A DNA stretch of 64,000 bases from the human T2T-CHM13v2.0 reference genome, Homo sapiens. The notes below the pieces were generated by a model. The model saw only the letters and a list, made by a program, of their open reading frames with translations. It had not been told where the DNA came from and ran no database searches. The DNA lies in assembly GCF_009914755.1 (NCBI RefSeq), contig NC_060928.1; one strand, 5' to 3'. The translations under genes were made by a program, and so were the position numbers. Numbering within the stretch: the stretch's first letter is position 1; each line of letters opens with the position of its first letter. Positions 1 through 14,030 of this stretch are shown in pieces.

Positions 1-469
1 AGATGTCATACTTAATCACTAGGTGGCACTGCTTGGAGTCTGGTATCAAACCCAAGGGCTCATGTTCTTTCCCACCTAGATCATCTTATATTTAATTAAG
101 TGGAAAGAAGTATACACAAATACATAGAAAACACAGAAAACTTTTAGTAATATACACACCATAAAATTATAGTTTTTTCCAGCTAGAATAGATTTAATGG
201 ATTTATGCAGAAGTAAATTGGTCTGGAATTCCTGGCACTAATTTTTCTTTTACGTTAAGCCAGGTGAATTATCTATAAGAAATAATAAAAGATGTGGTAA
301 AATGTTTAAAAAAAAGGCATTTATCTAAAAGTCATGAGTGGGCTCCACACCTTGACTAATCCAAGATAACTATAACAATGTTGAATGTTATTTCTGTATT
401 TTTGCTCTCTATATTTGAAATATTAACAAGTACTTTCTAGTTTGTATTTTGAGAATTGTTTCAATCTAT

Positions 470-920
470 TCACCACTGTCATCCCTACTAGAACCTCATT
501 AACGCAGGTTCTCATTAGGTCTCAATGTGATTATTTTAACAGCTTTCTAAGAATTTGTGTCTCCCTCCTCAATAATTATCTAAGATACAAATCTGCCCAT
601 GTTGCCTCATCCTTGTAAGCATGCAATGGCTACACACCACCCCAGAGCAATGTTGAGCTTTTTAACATGGTATGGAAGACTCTTTATATCATTACTAATG
701 CCTGCTTAACCAGTCATATTCTCCTCCATTCTCTGTCTTTCTGAGAGAATCCAGAAATGTTAAACTGCTTTTTTTTTTTCCATTTTCCCAGAAGCAAACA
801 GTTTACAATTTTCTTCATTTGGATAACTTCTACTAATTAAGTTTGGCAGAACACCTCCTAATTCTAAAGCAATTACCCATTTTGTTACACGTACTCTTTA
901 TAATCTTATAGTGTAGAAAT
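470..920 (+). mobile_element. L2 LINE relic
   Basis: Degenerate L2-like motifs (caaatctgcccatgtt, caatggct...cccagag, ttaacatggtatggaagactcttt); boundaries approximate. Confidence 0.45.
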
Positions 921-1425
921 TATTATAATATTACGAATTTTAAAAATCAGTCACCAAGATGCTAGGTTATGTTGTCGAAGTTATACTATTAGCAATGCAG
1001 GAGGTTAATCTCATATACTATTTCTTGAACACTACATTTCATTTTAAGGGAGGCTGGCGATCTAACCTACTATATTTTATAGAAAGCAACTTTGAATTTG
1101 ACTTATTCCTATATATCACAGAAGAAATGACCCATGATGTCTAGCTGACCACAAAATCACCCTTGATAGAGATGTTAAGAAACACATTTGTTATGACTAT
1201 TTGTGATCACTCTCTCAAGAAATAGCTTTGAACCCAAAGCAGATAAATTTGTTCCTAGTTTCCTTTATAGATAAATATGTATGTATTTGATCTATACAAA
1301 TTTGTATATTTGATTATATAAAATATGATATATGGACTATATATTGCCTCATCCTTAAATTTATAATCATTATAACTACTAGAATAGCACATATATGCAA
1401 TTAAAATATATATAAAAATATTTTA

Positions 1426-1830
<405 letters not shown>

Positions 1831-3068
1831 TTAATATGTATTTTTCCTTGATTATATTCAGAATTCTCATCTCCAATACAGTGCTCCAAAAATACATGTG
1901 AGACTTGTTTCTTTTTCCTTCAAAACTGAGATTCTTCTGCTTCCTTCCTTTCTGTCTCTTTTCCTCTTTCCTTTCTTTCTCACTTCAGAAATGTATATCA
2001 ACATTTTCTTATTATTTAAAAAATTATTTACCAGCTCTTCCACAAAAAAAGATAATTGTATAGCCAAAAACATAAAGCAGGTCAGACATCAGTATTATTA
2101 GGCTATTAAAATAAAATACTATTACAAGTACGACAAAGAAAAGAGTAGGAGACTCATGTCAAAATGAAGTGAATATGGCCAATAAAGAAAGTGTTTTAGT
2201 GCCTTCCATTTATCCTCTTTGTTTTTGCTTTTATGATGTAACTTGAAGTCTTTCCAAATGAAAATACAGTAGAAGTCCAGGAGATTGAAACATCTACTTC
2301 ACTTTCATTTTATTTCACCAGTTTAAAGCAAGAAGATACTGTACTGTGCTTTCCGTTGATATGTGTGTAGACTATTTTGGCATCTTTGAAGTCCCAGTAG
2401 GAAATCCTTTTCCTTTTGTTGTTTGTCACTAAAATCAGCTCATGGGTTCAAAGCTGCCAGTTCTTTTACTTCTCTTCAGCTGCCATTGTCCACAACTTGC
2501 CCAATTACCTATTACTCCTTGTTTGCAGAACCTATCTCAGGCAACCTTGAAACATCCTACACTATTGTCAAGACTCCACGGACATCCCTGTTCATTAAAT
2601 GAGGGCAGCACTATTGTGATCAGTCACAATACAAGGTGCAGCCTCAGTTTTTTGAGGACCTTCTTTAAAGTGGCACATCCTGTTAGAATGCTCATCTGTG
2701 GTATTAACAATATTAATTATTTAATTCTAAAGTTAACATCCATGATGTTGTAGCAATTTAAACCCAGAATGTTATGTTGGCTTAAGAATAATTTCAGAAA
2801 AAATAACAGAAAAAAATGTCCTTGAAGGATTAAAGAAGAAAACAAATATCTTGAATCTAAACCTCCTTTCAATTTACCAAGTTTGAAATAGCATAAAAGA
2901 AGCAAGCACTTGCTAAATCTCTTTTTTCCTGCTCTATAATACTTTAAAATAATAATTATGTGATTAAACATGTGAAGGTTCTCAGTGTGCATTTTGTTTC
3001 TAAGTTGTTTAGGTGTGCCTCCAACCTGACCTATTAATACTAAGCAACTTTGTTTTATTATGACAAAA

Positions 3069-3206
3069 GGTAGCCACCTTCCAATTCTAAAGCTAATGCA
3101 GAATAGCCTATTGAAATATACTTCTTTTCCCATAAATGGTAGCCACCTTCCAATTCTAAAGTGGATGCACACTAGCCTATTAAAATATGCTCCTTTTCCC
3201 ATAAAT
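3069..3206. repeat. 69-bp tandem duplication, 2 diverged copies
   Basis: ggtagccaccttccaattctaaag...ttttcccataaat at 3069-3137 and 3138-3206. Confidence 0.95.
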
Positions 3207-4739
3207 GTAATGCTGTTAAACAATCTTATATAAATATCAAAACAAAGCAGGTCAGAATTATGTGTACATATTCATTGTTAGGAACAATGGTTTCCTAAAA
3301 GGATTTGAAAATATACAGGTCTTTATATATAATATGAAGAGAACTTCATATTAAATTCTTGAAAAATGTACTTGAAGGTAAATTTAGAGACAGTGTACAT
3401 CCTTTACGGTACTTTTATAAGTCAACCTTAAACAAATCTTAAATGAGAAAATATATTAAGACAGTGTGAATGCTGTTTTAAGGTTATTCAACTCCCACCA
3501 ACACTCTTTGTCATTGTATTTCATTTGCAATTCTTATAGTACCTAAGTATATACACACTTTTCAGTTTATTCATTATTTATTACAAGAAATATGTTAATC
3601 CAGATATTAAAGAATCAACATAAATTAATAAAGTGATTCAGGAGTAAGACATTTTAATTCCTGTGTAATATTATACAACTTAATTTGTATTTTAAAATAA
3701 ATATTCACTGCTTAGGTAACTGAAAGTTGCCCACTGACATAGCTAGTTAATATTAATATTCAGGACCATAAGAGAAAGAAAATAAAGCAAATCTTCCCAA
3801 ACAATCTGATCTTCCGTGTTCTAAGCCTAATTTTTTAAGCTATATCAGATATAGGTCTATTTAATAAACATGTATAAGCCTAAAAGTTTGTGTCATTTAT
3901 CTTTAAATATCTTGCCTGTAAATATTAGACAGGGTATATCTATAGGAAGGGTACGAGTAAATTATGAAATAGGATTGCAATAAAATATACTTCATCCATT
4001 TCAAACTTACATTATAGGCTTTAGAATAAACTATTTCTCTTACTTTTTTTTCAAAATTAAAATAAATACAGAAATAGTTAACATACTCCAACTTGGAACA
4101 CCTGCGTTCTTCAGCAGAATTCAAGCCATGATGGAGCTGATGAGGGATATTTGAAGTGCCAATCAAGGAGCTGTTCCCAGATCCTCCCACGTGGTTGAAG
4201 CCCTGCTGTCAGGAACATATTGGAAAGTTGTTCATTCACTTGAGGTGACAGATACAGATTGTGACAAGCCTCATATTGGGATTCTAGCTCAGGGGGTAAC
4301 AAGGAGTGAAGTGAGAATGCAAAATTCATGGAGGAAAATGTCACTTGCCAATCTCCCTTCTTCCATACATCTTACTTTGCTTTGGACTACAGTTCACATA
4401 TTACTCGGCAACAGAAAACAGGCTTATGTGAGTTTTTCTCTTACATCCTTGATTTGAATTCTTAAGACAGAATGCTTTTATTAAATAATTAGAGAATCAA
4501 GTAGTAATTTTGAAATATGTCAATTAATCACAGTTTTTTACCCTAGTGAAAGTCAAATTGAATTACTAGTGACAAAATTAAACTGGAAAATTTGAAAAGA
4601 AAACTTGTATCTTAAATTTGTACACTTATTTGGCTGATATCTGAATATATCACTACTTTGGCAGATACAAATTCATCTCTAATCTGTCCATTCCATTTTT
4701 CTAGAGCTTAAAGCTCTGGAGTTCTTTAGCTATTTCAAA

Positions 4740-4741
<2 letters not shown>

Positions 4742-4780
<39 letters not shown>
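4742..4780. repeat. (TA)n microsatellite
   Basis: Pure AT dinucleotide run. Confidence 0.95.
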
Positions 4781-4784
<4 letters not shown>

Positions 4785-5027
4785 TAGACATATAATATTA
4801 ATACCAATTTTATAAGCTACAAATGGAATGCATATCTTCTTTCAGATCTCCAAGGAAAGTACCAAATACTGTACTTCTACTAATTAATAGTGATTAAAAT
4901 AACACAATATAGAAACAATTTTAATGAATGTCTAAAATCATAAGATGTATTTATTTTATATATATATACATGTGTGTATGTGTGTGTATGTGTGTGTGTC
5001 TGTGTGTGTTCATAGAGAAGCATTGGG

Positions 5028-5218
5028 GGGGTCTTGCTCTGTCACCCAGACTGGAGTACAGTGGTGCAATCATAGCACACTGCAGCCTTGACTTCCCCAG
5101 GCTCAGGTGATCCTCCTGCCTCAGCCCTGAGTAGCTGGAACTACAGACGCACACCACCATGACTGGCTAATTTTTGTGTTTTTCATAGAGCCAGGGCTTT
5201 GCCATGTTGCCCAGGCTG
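5028..5218 (-). mobile_element. AluJ, 5'-truncated
   Basis: gggtcttgctctgtcacccag...atcatagcacactgcagccttgac...gccatgttgcccaggctg (J-type); preceded by (TG)n at about 4971-5009. Confidence 0.85.
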
Positions 5219-5582
5219 TTATGTTATATTTTTACTCCGATATAATATACCTAAAAATTAATAATACAAATTAAATTAGAAACCCTCAAACATGAAAATT
5301 TTCTAAAAAGTTTTTAAATGCATTGGTTCAAGCAAGAAACTAAGTAAAATAAAACAGTATTTGGAATGTATACAAAATCTAAATACGAAGATGTGCCTCA
5401 CTAGAAAAATCTATAACCTGATATATTTAATTTGTAAGAAGGAAAGTTTATTAATTAGCATTTATCCTTGAGTTTATAAAATTATTTTTGAAATTAATAA
5501 AAAAGGAAGGGAGGGGTAATGAAAACAAAAGTCAAAAATAAAAAGCAAGCCCTTCAACTAGCTATAAAAATAAAAACAGATT

Positions 5583-6065
5583 AGAGGAGAGGTAACAGCA
5601 ACAAAATAAAGAAATAGGAGGTCCCCCACACATCCCTCCTGTAGCATCAATAACTGGTAGCCATCCATGGACAAAAGTGCCTTTGTGGAACTTTGGGATC
5701 CAGATAGGAAATTGTGAAACTCCAGTTGACCCAAGAATGATGAGAGCCATTTTGAGAAGATAGGTTCCCTGCCCAGGTGTCAGGCATGATGACTGTGGTC
5801 CTGAATACAGATCCAGAAATAGCCTCCTCCTTTTGTCAACTCAACTACAGCTCCTTTGGCCTTGGTTCCAACACCAACATCTCCCAAGGTGCTTGGGAAG
5901 AACCATACCCACCCACGTCTCAGGTAACAGGGTCATCTACTCACCAGCTTGGGTCCTGACTGTGGACACTGAAGTCCCCAGACCCTCTCAGCTGCAGTTT
6001 GGGAGCAGTCCTGAATAACCAAGAAACTAATGAGAGACATGTCTGTCCATGCTTCTGGAGGCAGA
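5583..6065 (+). mobile_element. Old L1M 5' UTR fragment
   Basis: gccatccatggacaaaagtgcctttgtgg...tttgggatccag resembles L1M-type 5' end consensus as I recall it. Confidence 0.55.
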
Positions 6066-7361
6066 CCCAGATGTCTAAGAGTTGGAAGAATATTGTTCTA
6101 ATGTTCATGCTACCCAAAGTGATTTACAAATTCAGTGCCATCCCTGTCAAAATTCTAATGACATGTTTCAAGAAATAGAAAAAAACAACCTCAGCATTTC
6201 TATGGAACCACAAAAGATCCTGACTAACCAAGCAATTAAGCAAAAAGAGCAAAAAAGAACAAAGGTAGAGACATCAAACTTACTGATTTTGAACTATATT
6301 ATAAAGCAATAGTATTTACAACAGTATGATACTGGCATGAATATAGACACATAGACAAATGGAATAGAATAGAAAGCCCAGAAATAAACCCAAGCGTATA
6401 TATTCAACCATTTTTTTTAAATGGTGCCAAGAATGAAGAATATACAACTGAAAAAAGATAGATTATCCATAATTGATATAGGAAAAGCCAGATATCCATA
6501 TGCAAAGCGATGAAATTGAACACTATTTTACACCATGCACAAAAATCAATTTAAAACAGATTAATAACCTAAACGTAAGACCTGAAAGTGTGAAACTCCT
6601 AGGAGAAAACACAGGTCAAAATCTTCATGACATTCATCTTCAAAATACTTTCTTGGAGGCAACACCAATAGAACAAACAACAACAATGACAAAAAATAGA
6701 CAAGTGCAACTACATCAAACTAAAGAGCTTCTTCAAAAGAAGCGATCAAGAGAGTGAAAAGGCAACCTATAGAATGGTTGAAAATCTTTACAAACCATTT
6801 TCTGATAAATGGTTAATATCTAAAATATTTAAGGAACACTTATATTTCAGTAGTTAAAAAAACACAAAACAACACAAAATATTTCACTTAAAAATAGGTA
6901 AAAGGACTAAATAGACATTTTTCCAAGGAAGACACACAAATAGCCAACAGGTATATGAAAGGTGCTCAAAAATCACAAGAGAAATGCAAATTAAAACCAC
7001 AATGAGATAACATCTTACACCTGTTAGGGTGACTATTAATCAAGAAGTTCAGAGATAACAAGTGTTGGCAAGGCTATGGAGAAAAGGCAATATTTATAGA
7101 CTGTTGGTGGGAATGTAAATTGAAACAGTCATTGCGGAAAACAGTATAAAGTTTCCTAAAACAATTAAAATAAAACTATCATATCCAACAATCTTATTTT
7201 CTGGGCATATATCCAGTGGAAATAAAATCAGTACCTCAAAAAGACATCTGAGCCTGCATGTTTATTGCAGCATTATTCACAATAGCCAATATAGGACAAC
7301 AACCTAAGTGTTCATCAACCAATGAATAGATAAAGGAAATGTGGGGGGTGGGGGGTGTGTG

Positions 7362-7408
<47 letters not shown>

Positions 7409-7890
7409 TAATTACAGTTATTCAGCCATAAAGAGGATAATTTTGCCATATGAGACAACATGGATGCAACTGGAGAACTCTATGCTAAGTAATATAAGTC
7501 AGACACAAAAAAAAATGTAATAATACTATATAATCTTACTTATGCATGGAACATAGAAAGTCAGCTTCATAGAAGCAGTGAATATAATGGTGGTTGGGGG
7601 TAGAGAAAATGGGGAGATTTTTATTAAGGGTACAAAAATTCAGTTGTTCAGGATAAATAAGATCAGGGGATTTAATGTGGAGCCTGGTGACTATGGTTAA
7701 TAATACTGTATTGGATACCTGAAATTACCTAAGAGAGTAGATCCTAAGTGTTCTCAGCACACACACATACAAAGGTTATTAACCATGTTAGGTGATGCTA
7801 ATTAACTTTATCGTGATAATCATTTCATAATGTGCATGTATATCAAATTATTGCATTTACATCTTAAATATATAAGATTTTCATCAAAAA
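6066..7890 (+). mobile_element. L1MA8/9-like ORF2 3' part plus 3' UTR (degenerate)
   Basis: ttggaagaatattgtt, tggaatagaatagaaagcccagaaataaaccc, aaaaccacaatgagata, and 3' UTR ggtgactatggttaataatactgtattg...aagagagtagatcctaagtgttctca. Confidence 0.9.
7341..7409. repeat. G-rich/(TG)n microsatellite inside L1
   Basis: ggggggtggggggtgtgtgggg followed by (TG)n. Confidence 0.9.
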
Positions 7891-8000
7891 ATAACACTGG
7901 AACATGAGAAAATATAAAAATAATTATGTGAATTTAAAATAATATTAAAGAAAAGGCATATATCCTGGAAACTAAAAAAGGACTGAAGAAAATAGAAGAG

Positions 8001-8168
8001 ATATGGGGTATATTTTAACACTATATATATACACACACACACATACACACATTACATATATACTATGTATAACACCTATACACACACCATATACATACTA
8101 TATAATGTTAAAATATACCCCATATTAAGTTTCAACATATAACTTTTCAACATATATATATGTTGAAA
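8001..8168. repeat. Inverted-repeat cluster
   Basis: 20-bp perfect arms 8001-8020/8106-8125; perfect 24-bp palindrome 8145-8168. Confidence 0.9.
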
Positions 8169-8448
8169 CCTATGCTAATTTGAAAATCTGAAAAAATTGC
8201 TAATATTCTCCTGCATAATTAAGTCATTTTTATGAATTGAGACTGTAAAAACATCAATAACCTTTTGGTTCATAGCAATTTTTTAAAAATAAATTATTTT
8301 TCTTGTCCTAGAAGTTTTGGACATATTGATAATGCAGTTATTAAGCAAATATTGTATTGTACAGATGATTCAAAACAATTATTTGTACTTATAACAGAAT
8401 TTAGTGAAGTGTTATATGCTGAATATTAAAAATTAGTAACTGGTTGTC

Positions 8449-11400
8449 AGGAGGGAGGCTTAGCCAGATGGTTGAATAGAACCCTCCAGTGATAATCCCC
8501 CATAAGAACACCAAATTGAACAACTATCCACACAGGGAAGCACCTTGAAAATAACAAAACATCAGGTGAGCAATCACAGTACCCAGGTTTAACATTATAT
8601 CAAGGAAAGAGGCACTGAAGGGGTAGGAAAGAGTCTTGAATGCCTGCAGCACCCCTGCCCCATCCCCCAGCAGTGTCATGTGGTGTGGAACATTTTCTGT
8701 GTGTTTGGGGGAGGGAAAGTGCAATGATTGTGAAAATTTTGCATTTTAGAACTCAGTGCTGCCCTGTCACAGTCAGAAGCAACACAGGGTACAATTCAGC
8801 TGGTGACCAATGGAAGAAGCATTTAGACCAGTCCTAGCCAGAGGAGAATTGTCCATATCAGTAGTGAGAGTCTGAGTTATGACTAGCCCTACCACCATGG
8901 GCTAAAGTACTCTGGAGTCCTAAATAAACTTAAGAAGCTGTCTGGACCACAGGACTGCAATTCCAGGACTAGTGCTGGTGCTGTGCTGGGCTTGGAGCCA
9001 GTGAACTTGGGTACCTGTAACCCAGTGAAACAGCAGCTAGGGTAGCCAAATGAATGCTTGTCACCCCTCTTCTAATTCCAGACAGTGCAGCTGAGGGCAC
9101 CAGGAGAGAATCCTTCTGCTTGAGGAAAGGAGGAAGGAGAGTAAAGAGGACTTTGTCTTACAATTTGGATACTAGCTCAGACACAATAAAATAAAGCACC
9201 CAGCAGAGTCCTGAATCCCCCATTCCAGGCACTAGCTCTTGCATGACATTTTTATACCCACTTTAGGCCAGAGGAGAACTTGATGCCCTGAAGGGAAAGA
9301 GCTGGTCCTGGCAGCATTCATCATCTGCTGACTAAAGAGCCCTTGGCTTTGAAGAAAAGTCAACAGTGTCCAGGCAGTAGTCCTCATGGCCCTGAGATGG
9401 TGGTAGCCATGGGGAGAGACTTCTGCATGAGGAAAGGAAAGGGAAAAGTAAAAAGTTGCCTTGCAACTTTAGCACCAGCTCAGCTGCAGTAAAATAAAGC
9501 AACAAGCAGCCTCCTAAAGTCCCCAGTTCCAGGTCCTGGCTCCTGAATGGCATTTCTAGGCCTACTCTAGGCCAGAAGGGAACCTGCTGCCCTGAAGAGA
9601 AAGACAGAGGCCAGGCAGGATTCATCATTTGCCTACTGAAGAGCCCTTGAGACTTGAATAAACAGCAGATGGGTCAGGAAATAATTTCTAAAAGACTTGG
9701 TCAAGACACAGTACTGTGCCAGATTTAGGTGTAAACTAGCACATTCCCAGTGTTGGCGACCATAGGAGTGTTTGTGTCACTCCTCCCCCAACTCCAGGCA
9801 TCATCAGCATGGAGAGAGAGACTGTGTGAAAGTAGGAAGAGAACATCAGAATCCACCTGTTAATCCAGGAAATTCTCCTGGATCTTACTGAGGATTACCA
9901 AGGCAATACTTCTCTGTGTCTGCAAGAGTCATGCCATTATTTGTCTTGGGGTGCCATCTAATGCAGATACAGCTGCAGTGACCAAAGACAGATCATAACA
10001 CTCAATTCCCTTTGAATACTTGGAAAGCTTTCTCAAGAAGGACAGGAACAAATAAGACCAGACCGCAAAGATTAGAATAAATATCTAGCTCTTCAATACC
10101 TGGACATTGATGAACATCCACAAGCATCAATACCATCCATGAAAGCATGACCTCACCAAACGAACCAAATAAAGCACCAGTGACCAATCCTAGAGTGACA
10201 GAGATATGCGACCTTTCAGATAGATAATTCAGTTTATCTTTTTTGAGGAAGCCTAGTGAAATACAAGATAAAACCAAAAAGGAATTGAGAATTCTATCAG
10301 ATAAATTTAATAAGAATATTAAAGTAATTTTGAACAATCAAGCAGAAATTCTGGAGCCAAAAAAGTGCAATTGACAAACTGAAGAATGCATCAGAGTCAC
10401 TCAACAGTAGAATAGATCAACTGAAAGAAAGAATTACTGAGCCTGAAGACAGACTATTTTGAGAATAAATGGGCAGAGAAGACAAAAGAAAACAGAATAA
10501 GGCATGCCTACAAGATCTAGAAAATACCTTCCAAACAGCAAGTCTAAGAGTTATTGGCTTAAAAGAGTAAGTAGAGGGAGATCAGGATAGAAAATCTATT
10601 CAACAAGTTAATAACAGAGAGCTTTCTAAACCTGGAGAAAGGTATCAATATTCAAATACAAGGAAGTTACAGAACACCAAGCAGCTTTAAACTTAGTAAG
10701 ACCACATCAAGGATTTAATAATCAAACTCTGAAGGGTCAAGGATAAAGAAAGGATCCTAAAAGCAGCAAAAGAAAAAAACCAACATAGACAAAGCTTTAA
10801 TAAGTATGTTAGCTGACTTCTGAGTGAACACTTTACTGGCCAGGAGAGTGGCATGACATATTTAAAATGATGAAAGAAAAAGATTTTATGCTAGAATATT
10901 ATATACAGTGTAAATATTCTTCACACATGAAGGATAAATAAAGACTTTTTCAGACAAACAAAAGCTGAGGGGTTTTGCCAACATCAGATATGTCCTACAA
11001 GAAATGCTAATGAGAGTTATTCAATCTGAAAGAAAAGAATGCTAATAAGAAGCAAGAAGTCATCTGAAGGTACAAAACTCACTGGTAATAATAAGGGCAC
11101 AAATACAGAATATTATAACACTTTAATTGCGGTGGGTAAATTACTCATATCTTGAGTAGAAATGCTAAGACGAATTTCTCAAAAATAATAACTTTTCAAG
11201 ACATAGACAGTATAGTAAGATATAAGTAGAAATAAAAAATATAAAAGTGTAGAATTTAAAGTGTAAAGTTCTTTATTTTTGCTTGTTTCTTTGTGCAATC
11301 AGAGTCAAGTTGTCATCAGTTTAAAATAATGAGTTTTAAGATGTTATTTGCAAGACTTACGGTAACCTCAAATCAAAAAACCTACAAGAGATGCAAAAAA

Positions 11401-13987
11401 ACAAAAAAGCAAGGAATTAGAACAAACAACCACAAAACAAATAGCAAAATAACAGTAGTAATTTTGTACTTACCACTAACATTGGATGGAAATGGGCTAA
11501 ACTCTCTAATCAAAAGACGGAGTGGCTGAAAGGTGAAAAACAAGTCCCATTGACCTGTTGCCTTCCAAAACACACTTTATCAATAAAGACGCACAGACTA
11601 AAAATAAAAGAATGGAAAAAGACAATCCTTGCCCATGGAAACTAAAAGAAAGCAAGAGTAGCCATACTTATATTAGACAAAATAGATTTAAAGACAAAAA
11701 CTATAAAAAGAGACAAAGAAGATTTTTATAGAATGATAAAGGGGCCAAGTCAGCAAGAGGATATAATAATTGTAAACATATATGCGCCCAAAACTGGAAC
11801 ACTCATGTATATAAAGCAAATATTATTAGAATGAAAGAGAGAGACGGACCCCAATTCAATAATAGCTAGAGACTTCAACATCCTACATTCAGCATTGGGT
11901 GGATCGTTGAGACAGAAAATCAAGAAAGAAACATTGGGCTTATGCTGTACTATAGATTAAATGCACTTAATAGATGTTTACCAAACATTTTACCCAATAG
12001 CTGCAGAATACACGTTCTTCTCCTCGGCACATGGATTATTCTTAGAATAGGCCATATGTTAGACCACAAAGTAATTCTTAGAAATAATATTTTAAAAATA
12101 AAATTATATCAAGTATCTTCTCTGATGAAAATGGAATTAAACTAGAAACCAATAATAAGATAAATTTTGCACACTATACAAGCATATGGAAATTAAACAA
12201 TATGCTATCATTTAATAACATTTAACATTGTTCTTTGATAAAAAATAACCCTGAAACAACCATGTATAGAAGAAGCATAGCTCAACACAATAAAAGCCAC
12301 TATGACAGACTCACAGCTAGTATCATACTGAATGGAAAAAAACTGAAAGCATGTTCCTAAGATGTGGAACAAAACAAGGATGCCTACTTTCAACATTGTT
12401 ATTCAACATAGTACTTGAAGTCCTAGCTAGAGCAATCAAACAAGAGAAAGAAGTAAGGAGCATCCACATAAGAAAGGAATAACTCAAATTATCCTAGTTT
12501 ACAGAAGATAAAATCTCATATTGGGAAAAACCTAAAGACTCCACCAAAAACTATTAGAACTAATAAACTCAGTAAAGTTGCAGTATACAAAATCAACATA
12601 CAAGAATTAGTAGCATTTCTGTATGCCAATAGCACACAATCTGAAAAAGAAATCAAGAAAGTAATTTCATTCACAATAGCTACAAATAAAATACACTACT
12701 TAGGAATAAACTTAACTAAGAAAGTAGAAGATCTCTTCAATAAAAAGTATAAAGCATTGATGAAATAAATGGAAGACACCAAAAAATGAAATGATATTCT
12801 ATATTCATGGAATGGAAGAATCAATATTGTTAAAATGTCTATGCTACCCAAAACAATCTACATATTCACTCTAATCTCTATCAAAATACCAATGACATTC
12901 TTCATAGAAATAGAAAAACAAATCCTAAAATTTATATGGAACCACAGAAGAGCCAGACTAGCAAAAGCCTCCTCAGCAAAAAGAATGAAACTGGAGGAAT
13001 CACATTACCTGGCTTCAGATTATACTACAGAGTTATAGTAACCAAAACAGCATGGTGCTGGCATAAAAACAAATAGACCAATGGAACAGAATGGAGAACC
13101 CAGAAACAAGTCCATATATATACAGTGAATTCATCTTTGGCAAAGGAACATGCATTGGGGAAAAAAGAGTCTCTTCAATAAATGGTGCCGGGAAAACTGG
13201 ATATCCATATGCAGAAGAATGAAACTTGATCCCTATCTCTCACCAAAAATCAAATAAAAATGAATTAAAGACTTACATCTAAGACCTCAAGTTATAAAAC
13301 TACTAAAATAAAATATTGGGAAAACTCTCCAGGACATCGTTCTAGGCAGAGATTTCTTGAGTAATACCCCAAAAGGATAGGCAGCCAAAGCAAAAATGGA
13401 CAAAAGGGATTACTTGAAGTTAAAAGTTCCTGCTCTACAGCAAAAGAAACAATCTACAGAAAAATATTCTCTGGGGAAGAGACAACCCGCAGAATGGGTG
13501 AAAATATTTGTAAACTACCGATCTGACAAGGGATTAATAACCAGAATATATAAGGAGTTCCAATAACTCTATAGGAATAAATCAAACAACCCAATTAAAC
13601 TACGTACGGCCTAGGCTCCAGCTTTGGCTCTAGCATGGGCTCCAGCTCTTTCAGCCGCACCAGCTCCACCAGGGCTGTGGTTGTGAAGATCTAGATCCGC
13701 GACGGGAAGCTGGTGTCCGAGTCCCCTGACGTCCTGCCCAAGTCAACAGCTGTGGCAGTTCCTCCCAGCCTGCCCCTCCTGCAGCTTCCCCAGAGCCCGG
13801 GAGGGAGGCCGCTGTGCAAGACAGCACAGGGAACAGGAGTCCCACCTGAGGCTCAACCCTAGCCCTCAGCCCACCTGCGGGGCATTACTGCCTGGGGACC
13901 CCCCTTGCCCAGGCCTCCAGCTACAAAACAATTCAATTGCTTCTTCTTTTATTTTTTTCTGTCCAAAATAAAACCTCAGCTAGCTCG

Positions 13988-14030
<43 letters not shown>

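Noticed and set aside
10000-13100. L1 ORF1/ORF2 as active genes
   Set aside because: Only fragments in changing frames, with a large ORF2 deletion
13651-13845. GC-rich minus-strand ORF of 64 aa
   Set aside because: Antisense reading of the KRT8 retrocopy
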